A stretch of DNA of 64,000 bases from a virus (IMGVR_UViG_3300042296_001032); one strand, 5' to 3'. Positions 16,614-26,628 are shown, counted from the first letter of the stretch. The notes: generated by a model from the sequence alone, not told the origin. A program made the numbers and translations.

Positions 16614-18038
16614 ATGAAATTTAACTTATCTCAAATTTTAGAATCTACTATATTATTAGAAGGTAGAAGAGAAGATGTAATTAAAAAATATGGTGAAGAC
16701 CATACCGAACTTGTTGATATGTTTGTTGAGGTTGACCCATCAGGAAATAACAAATATCTTGACTGGATGATTAAAACCGCTTTAGGTAAAAATCAAGATG
16801 ACAGTATACCAATGGCTGACCAAATAGCTAAAGCTGTAGTGGACTATCATAGACTATTACCTAGAATTAAACAAAAAGATATTAATACTTATAAATCTTT
16901 ATCTGAATTAAATGATGTTGTTGCTCAAGCTTTAAAAGATGAAAAAGACAAAAGAATTTCTAAAGAAGCGACAAAAATTTATGACAAAGATGGTGTTGTG
17001 ATTTACGTACCATTCACAGTTGAAGCTTCATGTAAATATGGTGCTGGGTCTAAGTGGTGTATAGCTGGTAAAAGTGGTGATAATAATTTAAATACTTATT
17101 TTGACTCCTATAGTGAACACTCAAATTTCTACTTTTTTATTAACAATAATTTAGTTAATAGTGATAGTACACATTACAAATACGCTTTACAATGGAGATT
17201 TGATGGTAATGGTAGAGATTTAACTTGGTGGGATGCACGAGATGATTCACACAGTAACGCACCTTATTGGGTGACTCCTGATATGATGGCGGTTGTGGAA
17301 GCTTTTAATCCTTCACACACTAAGAAAAAATTAGCTATAAAAATAGCTTCTTTCCTTGATGACCCTAAATTTGATGAGTACGCTAAATTTAAAGATTATA
17401 TTACACCTGAACAAAAAACTAACGTGATTAGTAAAATTATTAAAAAAGGTGGACTTAACTCTAAAGCTTTTAGTATTTTAGCGTCTGACCTTAATGATAA
17501 ACAAAAAATGGACTTTATCACTAACTACGTCAAAGGTACAGTTAACGCTAATGATTATAAACAAATGCAAGAACATTTAACAGAGTTACAAAAAATGACT
17601 TTAGTTAAATTCAATCCATCTATTCTTAATAATATTGATGTTATGAATGACTTGAATAAGGAATTGACAGATGACCAAAAATATGAATTATCTAAAGTAG
17701 TTGACGCAAAACAAATAAACAATACAGATAGTAAAGTATTGTTTAGAAAATGGTCTATGAGTGCTGAAGAAAGAGCAAAACACGGTCAAACTTCTTTCTA
17801 TGTATTCTTATCTAATCCAGAAGACTTAGTTGAGAAGATAGTTAAAGTTGACCCATTAGACCCAGAATCATATAGAACAATCAACATGATGAAACTAAGA
17901 AAACAAGTACAACCTGATACTTCAATGTATGGTATTAAAACTGAATCTGGTTTCCTTGATGATTACATTGGTAAATCTACATCAGATATACCTACTTCTG
18001 TTTTAGAAACTATAAAAGAAAAATCAACAAAAATTTAA
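16614..18038 (+). CDS. Paralog family A protein (MKFNLSQILES...; DPSGNNKYLDWM; ASCKYGAGSKWCIAGK)
   Basis: Start at the internal Met to avoid overlap with the HNH gene. Terminator follows. Confidence 0.6.
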   Translation: MKFNLSQILESTILLEGRREDVIKKYGEDHTELVDMFVEVDPSGNNKYLDWMIKTALGKNQDDSIPMADQIAKAVVDYHRLLPRIKQKDINTYKSLSELNDVVAQALKDEKDKRISKEATKIYDKDGVVIYVPFTVEASCKYGAGSKWCIAGKSGDNNLNTYFDSYSEHSNFYFFINNNLVNSDSTHYKYALQWRFDGNGRDLTWWDARDDSHSNAPYWVTPDMMAVVEAFNPSHTKKKLAIKIASFLDDPKFDEYAKFKDYITPEQKTNVISKIIKKGGLNSKAFSILASDLNDKQKMDFITNYVKGTVNANDYKQMQEHLTELQKMTLVKFNPSILNNIDVMNDLNKELTDDQKYELSKVVDAKQINNTDSKVLFRKWSMSAEERAKHGQTSFYVFLSNPEDLVEKIVKVDPLDPESYRTINMMKLRKQVQPDTSMYGIKTESGFLDDYIGKSTSDIPTSVLETIKEKSTKI

Positions 18039-18040
18039 TA

Positions 18041-18074
18041 AAAAAAAAAAGGGGGACATTAAGTCCCCTTTTTT
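18041..18074 (+). terminator. Terminator GGGGGAC-atta-AGTCCCC followed by T6
   Basis: Perfect stem plus T-run. Confidence 0.55.
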
Positions 18075-18164
18075 GTCACCAACAACCTCTTACCATCTAA
18101 ATAAACTAACGAGGGGCGAAATTACGTTGTCAACATTATTAAATATATACTAAAACAGTAAAAG

Positions 18165-18623
18165 TTATTCTGAATAAATAAATTCTATAACACCACTATC
18201 AACATCAGCTTTGTTATTGATACCCCAAATATCTAAAGTAGTGGTAACATAATAAGAACCATAACTTGTTAATATTTCTCGATACGAGACCAATGTACCA
18301 TCTACATAAACTCTCATAATAAAATGATATCCTTGTTGTGGCATAACATTGAAAAATACTTTGTCACCATCATGCAATTGCCAATACTCATACTTCCATA
18401 TAAACCCATGTTGTATTTGAGTTTTATTAATATAAGGTAAATCTGATGGTACATCATTATAATGTGGTGTACAGTTTACATCAATAGCATTTGAACTACC
18501 TGATTGACAACCCTCAATAAACTCAATCTCATACTTTATTTTGTGGTTATTAGGTTCTTTCTTACATGAAGTAAGGACAAAAGTAAAAACAAAAACGATG
18601 AAATATATAAAATTCTTTACCAT
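18165..18623 (-). CDS. Lipoprotein (MVKNFIYFIVFVFTFVLTSC...)
   Basis: Signal peptide plus Cys lipobox. TACAAATATA box at about 18640. Confidence 0.55.
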   Translation of the reverse strand: MVKNFIYFIVFVFTFVLTSCKKEPNNHKIKYEIEFIEGCQSGSSNAIDVNCTPHYNDVPSDLPYINKTQIQHGFIWKYEYWQLHDGDKVFFNVMPQQGYHFIMRVYVDGTLVSYREILTSYGSYYVTTTLDIWGINNKADVDSGVIEFIYSE

Positions 18624-18683
18624 AACTTATTATTTATACAAATATAAGCATACTTTTTTGTTTGGCAAAATATTTATATAAGA

Positions 18684-20579
18684 ATGAAAGAAATCATTAG
18701 AAAAATATTAAAGGAAACTGAGGAAGAGTTAGACAACTCAAACCTAATAGATTTACCAAAACATACTGAACCATCTAAGGGTGTTGTTGCTCCATCTCAA
18801 AAAGTTATTTCAGATGTTTGTGAAAAAGAACAGTTTTGTAAAAAACAGGGCCCAATCACTTTTGGTCAATTAAGAACTTTAGTTGAAACTGCTCAAAATA
18901 AAAATTTAACATACGATATCGGTGAGGGGGTTTATAAAGCCTTAATAAGATTGATACCGTGGTTTTTTCCACAAATAGCTGTGGCCGGTTTTGTTGGTAG
19001 TTCTATTAGGGCTTTCAATAAAATAATAAAACCAGGATTAGAAGATACTAGAGGTTATAAAAAATGGTGGGGTAGAACTTTAATTCATGTTATGGATGCT
19101 GTTGAGGGTGATATCCCTCACGAAGACCCCATATCAAAAATATTTTTTATCTCAGATGGTTTGTTACATATGATGGATAGAAAATTCAAAATTAAATTTG
19201 CTAGATATATATCTGAATTAGCAGCATCAAAACCAGATTCAGAACCAGTTCCAGAATATTTTGTTGAGAATGAATTGAGAAATTGGATTAATCAAAAGTT
19301 CTTATTAAGTCCACCATTAGAACCAAAAACAATGAATGAATCTAAAGAATTAGATGACATTGATTGGATGAGGGGTGATATTGAAACACCACTTAAAGAT
19401 TTTAAAGATTTAGGTTATGAATTGACAGATGTTCTTGGTTTTAACGTTAGAATATCTGAAAATTCAAGATTTTATAATGCCGACGATGAAGATAATCCAA
19501 TAGAAGAAGTGGGTATCATTAATGACGTTTACACGACTTTTGGTGATAGTTTACCCATACAAGTTAAATGGATTGGTCGTACAAATAGTTACAGTTGGGA
19601 GGATTTAATAGTTGTCAGCCAAGGAAATAAATTAAATGAATCTGAAGAAGATGATTGGGGTTGGGCTAAAGAAATTGAAGTAAAAACTGATTTAACTCCG
19701 GCACAAATTTATAATAGATACCAAACATTCCCTATAGAAATAGTTGGTCCTTATATTGCTGGTCAATTTATAGATATAGAATATCGAAGTGGTAAATTAT
19801 ATTTTATTGCTGGTGATTGGTGTGACCTTATACGATTATTTGAAGATAATGATGGTGGTTACAGTTATATGAATAGGTATCTAGCCAAAGCTGTTTTTTG
19901 TGATGAAGATTATTGGGAACCTTACTCAGCCAGTGACCTTATTGGTCGTGAATGGAAAAGTAATGTGTGGGATTTGGTTACAGATGACCAAAAAGCTTTA
20001 GAGTATATAAAAAAATATATTAGGAAAGGTGGTTTTATAGACGGAGAATTGGAAAACGGTGAACCATTTAGGGAAGACATGTTATTAGATGATGATTTAA
20101 TGGGTGACCTGATAAATGAAGACGAAATGTTTGATGATTTAAAAATGGAATTAGGTTGGGCTTATGCAAGTTCATATAACAATGCTGTATCTAGTGGTAT
20201 TTACACTACAGCTGTAGATAGTATTAAAGATTTATTAGGTCAACCTATATGGGAAAATAATAATCTTGTTTTTGAATCTACAGATTTAATTTTAGATGTA
20301 ATAAAAAACAAAATATCTGGATGTTGGGACAGTTGTAAAAAATATTATGACCCTGAAAGACATTATGACACTACAGAACATGCAGATGAAATAGAAGCTT
20401 TTGAAAGTTTTTGTGAAGAATGTATAGATGAACCATTTGGTCATTGGTCTTATTTTAATGATTTCTATGCTGATGTCTTGGACGAAGAAAATGAAGATTT
20501 AAGCCCACATTACAGTGATTACGCCACCAATTCAGATATGAAAGAATATTTTTTAGAAGACCTTTATAGTAGAATATAA
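18684..20579 (+). CDS. Leader-family large acidic protein (MKEIIRKILKETEEELD...), 631 aa
   Basis: Conserved leader. Very acidic C-terminal half. Terminator follows. Confidence 0.6.
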   Translation: MKEIIRKILKETEEELDNSNLIDLPKHTEPSKGVVAPSQKVISDVCEKEQFCKKQGPITFGQLRTLVETAQNKNLTYDIGEGVYKALIRLIPWFFPQIAVAGFVGSSIRAFNKIIKPGLEDTRGYKKWWGRTLIHVMDAVEGDIPHEDPISKIFFISDGLLHMMDRKFKIKFARYISELAASKPDSEPVPEYFVENELRNWINQKFLLSPPLEPKTMNESKELDDIDWMRGDIETPLKDFKDLGYELTDVLGFNVRISENSRFYNADDEDNPIEEVGIINDVYTTFGDSLPIQVKWIGRTNSYSWEDLIVVSQGNKLNESEEDDWGWAKEIEVKTDLTPAQIYNRYQTFPIEIVGPYIAGQFIDIEYRSGKLYFIAGDWCDLIRLFEDNDGGYSYMNRYLAKAVFCDEDYWEPYSASDLIGREWKSNVWDLVTDDQKALEYIKKYIRKGGFIDGELENGEPFREDMLLDDDLMGDLINEDEMFDDLKMELGWAYASSYNNAVSSGIYTTAVDSIKDLLGQPIWENNNLVFESTDLILDVIKNKISGCWDSCKKYYDPERHYDTTEHADEIEAFESFCEECIDEPFGHWSYFNDFYADVLDEENEDLSPHYSDYATNSDMKEYFLEDLYSRI

Positions 20580-20583
20580 AAAA

Positions 20584-20606
20584 GGGGACCCGAAGGTCCC
20601 TTTTTT
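20584..20606 (+). terminator. Terminator GGGACC-cgaa-GGTCCC followed by T6
   Basis: Perfect stem plus T-run. Confidence 0.55.
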
Positions 20607-20822
20607 GTTTTTGAACAGTGAGGGAGGGAATTAAACCCTCCGATGAATCTTTTCGTGTTTCGGTTTTTCATCCGACAACCTTATTTAGGGAAACCAATCC
20701 CACCGTCATGGGACCGTGTATGCTCTCCACCACTCACTTTAATACAAAGATATGTTAAATTTTTAAATAATCAATATTTTGTTAATATTTTTTTTAAAAA
20801 AGGTTTGATTATTTTAATTTTT

Positions 20823-21584
20823 TTAAGTAAGAGAGGTTTTATATTTTCTATCAAACCAAAATGTACGTCCTTTTGAATCAACAATTTTTTCTTTTTTCCC
20901 ATAACATTGTAACCATTCTCTAAAAGTAACCTTGTCATCAAAGTAAGGGTTAGTCCATTGTAAAAGTTGTCCACCGCCTAATTGGTATGCCTCCATTACA
21001 ATATCTCTACAAAGTTCTAACATTAATTGGTTGTTGATTGACTCCCTAGAAGATACAAAAGGGTTTTGGTTAGAGCGGTCTAATATTTCGGCACGTAGAT
21101 AGTTGCCCAAACCGTTAAAATATTTTTGGTCTAACATCAATTCATAGATTGATTTATCGAATATTTTTTTGTGTGAATTGTTTTTTAGATTGGTAACAAA
21201 ATCATCCCATTCGGTTAACATACAAGGACCACGGTTATCAGACCAACCTTCGACCCATTTCCATCTAGAAAAACGCCTAAAATCAACTAAGGCAAGTGTA
21301 TAACCATCTGTGGTATCAAACATTAGATGAGCGTGTTTGGGTTCTTCTCCTGTTTTAACAAAAACCCAATTACCCGACATCCCCATATTACACAATAACT
21401 TTTTATTATTAATTTGTAATATCAATTCTTTACCACGGTTGTGAGCCTTTATTTTGAACTCACCCCCAATTATTAATTCAGGATTTTTGTTTTGTGGTGA
21501 TTTTTTAACTTTGTTGAAAGTTCTTTTATCTGAAACATAATTTATATATTCAGACATTATTTTTACCTCAGCTAATTCTGGCAT
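20823..21584 (-). CDS. Fpg/Nei-family DNA glycosylase (zincless, NEIL1/Mimivirus-Nei-like)
   Basis: N-terminus MPELAEVKIM matches the MPELPEVE catalytic Pro2/Glu3 signature. 253 aa with no C-terminal Cys4 finger. Confidence 0.55.
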   Translation of the reverse strand: MPELAEVKIMSEYINYVSDKRTFNKVKKSPQNKNPELIIGGEFKIKAHNRGKELILQINNKKLLCNMGMSGNWVFVKTGEEPKHAHLMFDTTDGYTLALVDFRRFSRWKWVEGWSDNRGPCMLTEWDDFVTNLKNNSHKKIFDKSIYELMLDQKYFNGLGNYLRAEILDRSNQNPFVSSRESINNQLMLELCRDIVMEAYQLGGGQLLQWTNPYFDDKVTFREWLQCYGKKEKIVDSKGRTFWFDRKYKTSLT

Positions 21585-21619
21585 ATTTTTTTTTACAAAA
21601 GTAATAATAAATAATTAAT

Positions 21620-22129
21620 CTACATAACAATAGTACAATAATCGTAATGTAAAGTTATTTCTAATTCGGGTTGCTCAAAATCTAAGTAAGTATTACTATA
21701 GTGTAAAGAACTACAAAAACAACCTCTTAAATCCCATCTACTAATAACAACACCTGTTGGGTCTAACCTTGATATGGTTGAATTAATTTTTCTTCCAGTA
21801 ATATTATAATCATTAAACCAATCACGAATTCTACTGTAAAATAAATTTCTATGAGTTTCATCACCAATAACATCTCTAATCACAACCTGTACGGGTTGCC
21901 ATTGTGGTCGGTACATATCAAATTCTCGGTGTCCTCTTGTTATAGAAACTGATGGCAATTCACAATTAACAAGACAATTAAACATAGTGTCACCAAGAGG
22001 AAATTCCATCAGATACCTATTTTGTCTCATCGGTTCATAAGCAACGTAATTAATACCAAGTGATACAAATTCACTCTTTTTTTTGGCTTTAAATTCGTTA
22101 AATTTTTTTAATTTCTTTTTTGGTTCCAT
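21620..22129 (-). CDS. Hypothetical protein
   Basis: 169 aa ORF. Confidence 0.5.
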   Translation of the reverse strand: MEPKKKLKKFNEFKAKKKSEFVSLGINYVAYEPMRQNRYLMEFPLGDTMFNCLVNCELPSVSITRGHREFDMYRPQWQPVQVVIRDVIGDETHRNLFYSRIRDWFNDYNITGRKINSTISRLDPTGVVISRWDLRGCFCSSLHYSNTYLDFEQPELEITLHYDYCTIVM

Positions 22130-22179
22130 TTAATAAACCTAATTGGTTTTTTATTAAAATAAATCATATTTATATATTA

Positions 22180-22773
22180 ATGAGAAAAATATTAACCATC
22201 ACACTGTTTTTATTTATAATACTTAAAACGTTTTCACAAAGTAAACTTCGTGATAGTATCTATATAGAAACCCAAATTTTTACTTTGGTTTATTCAGAGA
22301 AATTAGAACAACCAAAATGGATTGAATATGTTGTAGAATGCCCTACAGGAAATGCCTCAAGAAAGGGTATGGATTTTTATAGTAATGATTCAATTAAGAC
22401 ATCAGACAATCAAGATTATATTAACAACATTTGGGATAAAGGTCATATGGCTCCAGCAGCCGATTTTAATTGTACCAAAGAAATGTTAAAAATGACTTTT
22501 AGTTATTTAAATTGTGTTTTACAAAATCAAGATTTAAATAGAACTACATGGAGATTATTAGAAGAACATGAAAGGACTTTGGCTTTAAAATATGAAGTAA
22601 CTGTTGAAATAAGATGTGTATTTTCAAAAAAATCTGTTGTACTACCTTCGGGAGCTACAATACCAGACGGATTTTATAAAATAATAAATTATGATGGTAA
22701 GAAAGAAACTTATTATTTTAAAAATGAAAAACCACTAACAACAGACTATAAAAAATTTTTAATAACCCAATAG
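22180..22773 (+). CDS. Secreted DNA/RNA non-specific endonuclease (Serratia NucA-like; DKGHMAPAADF motif)
   Basis: Signal peptide MRKILTITLFLFIILKTFSQ. RGH-type active-site motif. Confidence 0.6.
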   Translation: MRKILTITLFLFIILKTFSQSKLRDSIYIETQIFTLVYSEKLEQPKWIEYVVECPTGNASRKGMDFYSNDSIKTSDNQDYINNIWDKGHMAPAADFNCTKEMLKMTFSYLNCVLQNQDLNRTTWRLLEEHERTLALKYEVTVEIRCVFSKKSVVLPSGATIPDGFYKIINYDGKKETYYFKNEKPLTTDYKKFLITQ

Positions 22774-22840
22774 TTTTAAATTAATAATCATGGAAGATTT
22801 GCTAGATGACTATGATTGGCACCCTGACCAATCTTTGTAA

Positions 22841-22875
22841 AATAAAAAACCCACTTAGTAGTGGGTTTTTTTTAT
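22841..22875. terminator. Bidirectional terminator (ACCCACT-tagta-AGTGGGT with A-run and T-run)
   Basis: Stem flanked by A8 and T8. Confidence 0.5.
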
Positions 22876-23351
22876 TTATTATCATCTCCTAAAGATTTAA
22901 TTAAATCTCTAATTTTTGCCGCTTCTTCGTATTTTTCATCAGAAATTGCCTGATTTAGTTTTTTAGTTAAAAGTTTTATTGTATCAATCTCAGGTTCTTT
23001 TCTATATTTAGATACTCTACCTTCAAATGGATTGAAATATTGGTTTCTACTAAAAGAACTAAAACTAGTAGAACCATCGGGTGACAACCAATTTCTTTTT
23101 TCCCATTCACCGTTTTCATCATTACCCTTTTCAAGTCCCATATCATCATTAAGTTGTGATAATATTTTTCTTAAAGAATCCATATCAAAAGGCTCTATGT
23201 TCATTGGATGTGAACCAAAAAAACTATTATTTTGTGAACCTAAATTTTTTTTCATAAAACTTTCAAGACCTGACTGATACATATTCAAAAATCTTAAAAA
23301 TTCTTTATTAAACTCTTCATCACTCATACCATTAAATCCAAAATCACTCAT
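22872..23351 (-). CDS. Protein with a C-terminal UVR domain (KYEEAAKIRDLIKSL)
   Basis: EEAAxIRD signature of UvrB/UvrC-type UVR motifs. Confidence 0.5.
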   Translation of the reverse strand: MSDFGFNGMSDEEFNKEFLRFLNMYQSGLESFMKKNLGSQNNSFFGSHPMNIEPFDMDSLRKILSQLNDDMGLEKGNDENGEWEKRNWLSPDGSTSFSSFSRNQYFNPFEGRVSKYRKEPEIDTIKLLTKKLNQAISDEKYEEAAKIRDLIKSLGDDNK

Positions 23352-23544
23352 ATTTTATTTTTTTATTATAAATATAATACAGATTTAAATTTTGTCAATA
23401 AAAAACCCCACACTTATTCGAAATCGGTGTGGGGCGTAAAACTCTAGAACCTGAGAACTAGAGGGTCCCGTTGTTTCCAACGGTGGGGTTAAAAGACCTA
23501 TCCTGGGACGCTGTTCTTATGGGTAGCGTGATAGGTACTATTAG

Positions 23545-23617
23545 TAGCGGGAGCTGGACTCGAACCAGCGGCCTTCAGGTTATGAGCCTGCTGAGATACC
23601 AACTTCTCCATCCCACA
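23545..23617 (-). tRNA. tRNA-Met/Ile2 (anticodon CAT)
   Basis: Hand fold: D-arm GAGA/TCTC, anticodon loop CTCATAA, T-arm GCTGG-TTCGAGT-CCAGC. Position 1-72 is a T-T mismatch. Confidence 0.55.
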
Positions 23618-24001
23618 ATATATGGTATATAAGGGAGGATTCGAACCTCCACGAACTTATTCAAAACTAGGTTTCTTTCAGTCCATACATTTTACAAGAG
23701 TCTAAGGATTTAATTCTATCATATTATTAAATCTATCTATATAACTTGTTACAGTTGGTTTTTAAAGAGTACCGTAACCAAACCTCTTGACCAGTCTGAT
23801 TATAGACCACCAAGATTAGCTAAATCTAAGGTCTTTTAGGCTTTTACAGAACTCCCAATCTAACCTTACTCTCTTTTCAAACGTAAGCGTCTACCAATTC
23901 CGCCACTTATATGTATTATTTCAAAGAACTTTATCACATAGCTGTAGATTTACTCTACTATTTACTCACTAGATAATGATAGTGATACTATGTGATTAGT
24001 G

Positions 24002-24110
24002 TACACAAAGAAGGATTCGAACCTCCAAAACCTACTTTTATCGACCCGAAGGTAGATTATTTTCGGTCAGAGTTGTTACACCCCGTGTTTACCAATTTCA
24101 CCACTTGTGT
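24002..24110 (-). tRNA. Atypical, long (109 nt) tRNA-like gene (acceptor ACACAAG/TTTGTGT, normal D- and T-arms, 36 nt extra internal hairpin)
   Basis: Perfect 7 bp acceptor and canonical D-arm (GTGAAATTGGTAAACAC) and T-arm (GGAGGTTCGAATCCTTC). No standard anticodon arm closes. The extra piece could be an intron, or the gene may be a pseudogene. Confidence 0.35.
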
Positions 24111-24368
24111 ATGTTTTTTATTTGTTTAACAAAGATAATAACTTTTTTTTAATCTGTCAATTTTTTTTTTAATTATTTTAAGACCATGTATTTTACCCCA
24201 TCAACAATCTTAACCATATATTTCCCTTGGTCCTTTGTTTTACCTTGGGAACGTTTTGTGGACTTTGCTGTTTTTGTGTTCTTCTCTGTTTCACCATACT
24301 TGTTGGCAATAACCTGTTTCATCGAAAATCTTTCCATAATTTTTATTTTTTACAAATATAACAATTTT

Positions 24369-24647
24369 TTACAAAATTTTAGGTGGTGTTTTAAAATTAT
24401 TAAAACCTGGTTTAACTTTTAGATTATCATACTTTCTGTATTTAGAATAAACGTCAGCCCAATAATTAACACCTTCGAGTGTTTTTCTAAATTCAAAAGA
24501 AACACCAATAAACCCCATCCAGCTGATAAATTCTAAATCTAAAAATTCCTCTACAGAATAGTTAAATTTATTCAATGAGTTAAAATTGGCAATCCATTTG
24601 GATTGTTCTTCCTCATTCAACCAATTAAAGTAGTCTTTACCTTTCAT
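24369..24647 (-). CDS. Hypothetical protein
   Basis: 92 aa ORF. Confidence 0.4.
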   Translation of the reverse strand: MKGKDYFNWLNEEEQSKWIANFNSLNKFNYSVEEFLDLEFISWMGFIGVSFEFRKTLEGVNYWADVYSKYRKYDNLKVKPGFNNFKTPPKIL

Positions 24648-24665
24648 AAGGCAAATATAATAAAA

Positions 24666-25454
24666 TTATTTTGATTTTTGTTGTTGTTCAGCTTTAAAAA
24701 GTGTGTATATGTTTTTGAATAGTACTTCTTTAGCTTGTGGTGTCTCACCCTGTTCTATAAATTGGTTAACAAACTTAACTAATTCTGTTTCTTTTTCTCT
24801 GTTTAATTTTGATTTATAATCCATAACATCATAGATACTCATAAAATAAAAACCACCCATGTTAACAGAATCTTTTAATATTGATTGTTCGTCCCTAACA
24901 TCAAAATCATTTGCTCCTTGAACTTTAGCCCTTTTGGGGTCCCATGTAGTAAAAGCTTCCATATCTTCTTTAATAAGACCTAAACCATTTTTACCTAAAC
25001 CTGGTCTGTAAACCTTACCACCAAAATCTTCCCATTGTTTTTTAAAACGTTCAACAATCTTTGGTACGTTTTCTTCACCTATAACATTACCTATTTTTTT
25101 TAAAAACTCTGAATCAGTGGTATAATTTGTATATAATGTTTTCCAATTACTTTCATCAGGTACAACAATATCCAAATCACCAATATCCATGGACCAAGTT
25201 CTACTATCCATTTGGTTTAAAGCCTTCAATAACATGGGATTTTTAAATAATCTAGCAGAACCAGCGATAAAGTATTCACGTTGAGAAGGATTAATACCAA
25301 ATGCATCAAATATTAATACCTTTGATTTTTTTAATAGGTCATTTAATTTAGTTGGGTCAGCTTCTTGTAAAATATCAGCATTTAATAATATCTCATCTAA
25401 TTTTTTCCAGGCCTTTTCAACCATTAAATCATTATATACCTCAACTAATTTCAT
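24666..25454 (-). CDS. Hypothetical protein
   Basis: 262 aa ORF. Confidence 0.5.
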   Translation of the reverse strand: MKLVEVYNDLMVEKAWKKLDEILLNADILQEADPTKLNDLLKKSKVLIFDAFGINPSQREYFIAGSARLFKNPMLLKALNQMDSRTWSMDIGDLDIVVPDESNWKTLYTNYTTDSEFLKKIGNVIGEENVPKIVERFKKQWEDFGGKVYRPGLGKNGLGLIKEDMEAFTTWDPKRAKVQGANDFDVRDEQSILKDSVNMGGFYFMSIYDVMDYKSKLNREKETELVKFVNQFIEQGETPQAKEVLFKNIYTLFKAEQQQKSK

Positions 25455-25458
25455 ATAA

Positions 25459-25923
25459 TTAAAGTTTTTGTGAATGGATATAAGGAACGTCTAATCCATA
25501 ATTTTCTTTTATCCAATCTCGGAATATATCTGATATTTCTGAAGAATTCAGATCAAATCCCTGTCTCAAAAACGTCCAAATAGAATCATCTACAAACATT
25601 TGGTTAGTGTCATGGTCGTAAGCCATAATATCTCTTTCACCATCTTTATACATTACATATCTATAATCCCTCTCAACGCTTTTACCGTTAACAGTCATTA
25701 CCTTTATAGTATCAGTTTTAAGTTGTTCCTCTTCTAATTGTGGAATTCTATCTAAGAAATTATTATAGTCACCACCATAAATTTCATCTGCTAATTTTTT
25801 AGCACCACCCACATCTTGAGCATCTTGTTCCCAATTTAAAGGATCATATTTATAATTGGATGACATACCAAAATCATCCAAAAAAGACTCTTTTAAAATT
25901 TTCTTAATCAATCGTTTCATCAA
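25459..25923 (-). CDS. Leader-family protein (MMKRLIKKILKESFLDDF)
   Basis: 154 aa. Conserved leader. Confidence 0.6.
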   Translation of the reverse strand: MMKRLIKKILKESFLDDFGMSSNYKYDPLNWEQDAQDVGGAKKLADEIYGGDYNNFLDRIPQLEEEQLKTDTIKVMTVNGKSVERDYRYVMYKDGERDIMAYDHDTNQMFVDDSIWTFLRQGFDLNSSEISDIFRDWIKENYGLDVPYIHSQKL

Positions 25924-25934
25924 TAATAAATATC

Positions 25935-26126
25935 TTACTTTTCTTTAGTCTTCAGATATTCTTTAAGATTTTTATTACCCTTTTGGTGTATTGGGTCAAA
26001 ACAACAGTGTCTACAACCGCTGCCACAACAAGTACCACGTTTTTTATGGTATCGTTCAGTTAAAACAATAGCCCCATTCTCTAGGTAATAATCCTTACCT
26101 TCTTCAAATATAAAATCTTTATCCAT
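25935..26126 (-). CDS. Small Cys-rich protein with CCG and CRHC motifs (DUF5522-like)
   Basis: 63 aa, GTCCGSGCRHCCF. Confidence 0.5.
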   Translation of the reverse strand: MDKDFIFEEGKDYYLENGAIVLTERYHKKRGTCCGSGCRHCCFDPIHQKGNKNLKEYLKTKEK

Positions 26127-26628
26127 TTTTAAATCCTAAATATTGTTTCCAATCATTACTAATTCTATTTATTTTTTCAACAAAATATAAATAAGAAGGT
26201 CTGAAAGGTTTATGTCTCATGGTTAAATTATACTCTGATAAAAACTCATCAACATCCTTACTACACTTTCTAACATTACAAATACCACAACAAGTAACCA
26301 AATTTTCCCAAGTATTAGAACCACCTTTAGACCTAGGGATAACATGGTCAATGGTTAAATCAGTTGTAGCACCACAATAAATACATTCATTATCATCTCT
26401 TTTAAAAATATTCTGTCTAGATAGATGAACTTTCTTAAAAGGCAAAACAATATACTTCAGTAACCGAATTACCGTTGGTCTAATATAATCTTTTTTATCT
26501 GTCACAATTGGGTTTTCTGACTCGTGAGTCACGACTTCAGCCTTACCTTTAAACACTAATTTAAAACCCTTTTGTAGTGTGGTAATGTTTATTGGGCTGT
26601 AGTCCATGTTTAATACTAACACTTTCAT
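26119..26628 (-). CDS. HNH endonuclease
   Basis: CIYCG...DHVIPRSKGGSNTWENLVTCCGICN is a canonical HNH motif. Confidence 0.65.
   Translation of the reverse strand: MKVLVLNMDYSPINITTLQKGFKLVFKGKAEVVTHESENPIVTDKKDYIRPTVIRLLKYIVLPFKKVHLSRQNIFKRDDNECIYCGATTDLTIDHVIPRSKGGSNTWENLVTCCGICNVRKCSKDVDEFLSEYNLTMRHKPFRPSYLYFVEKINRISNDWKQYLGFKNG

Noticed and set aside
20643-20974. ORFs 20643..20876 (plus) and 20771..20974 (minus)
   Set aside because: They sit in the convergent intergenic region and at the 3' end of the Nei gene. The sequences are hydrophobic and low-complexity with no start context. More likely hairpin-rich terminator space.
23625-23917. Interpreting 23625-23917 as one tRNA with a 215 nt group I intron in the anticodon loop
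   Set aside because: The 7/7 acceptor complementarity across 290 nt is striking. However, I could not close any anticodon stem between the 5' exon (…TACGTTTGAAAA…) and the 3' exon (…AATAAGTTCGT-GGAGG). It is reported as a finding to test rather than annotated as a tRNA.
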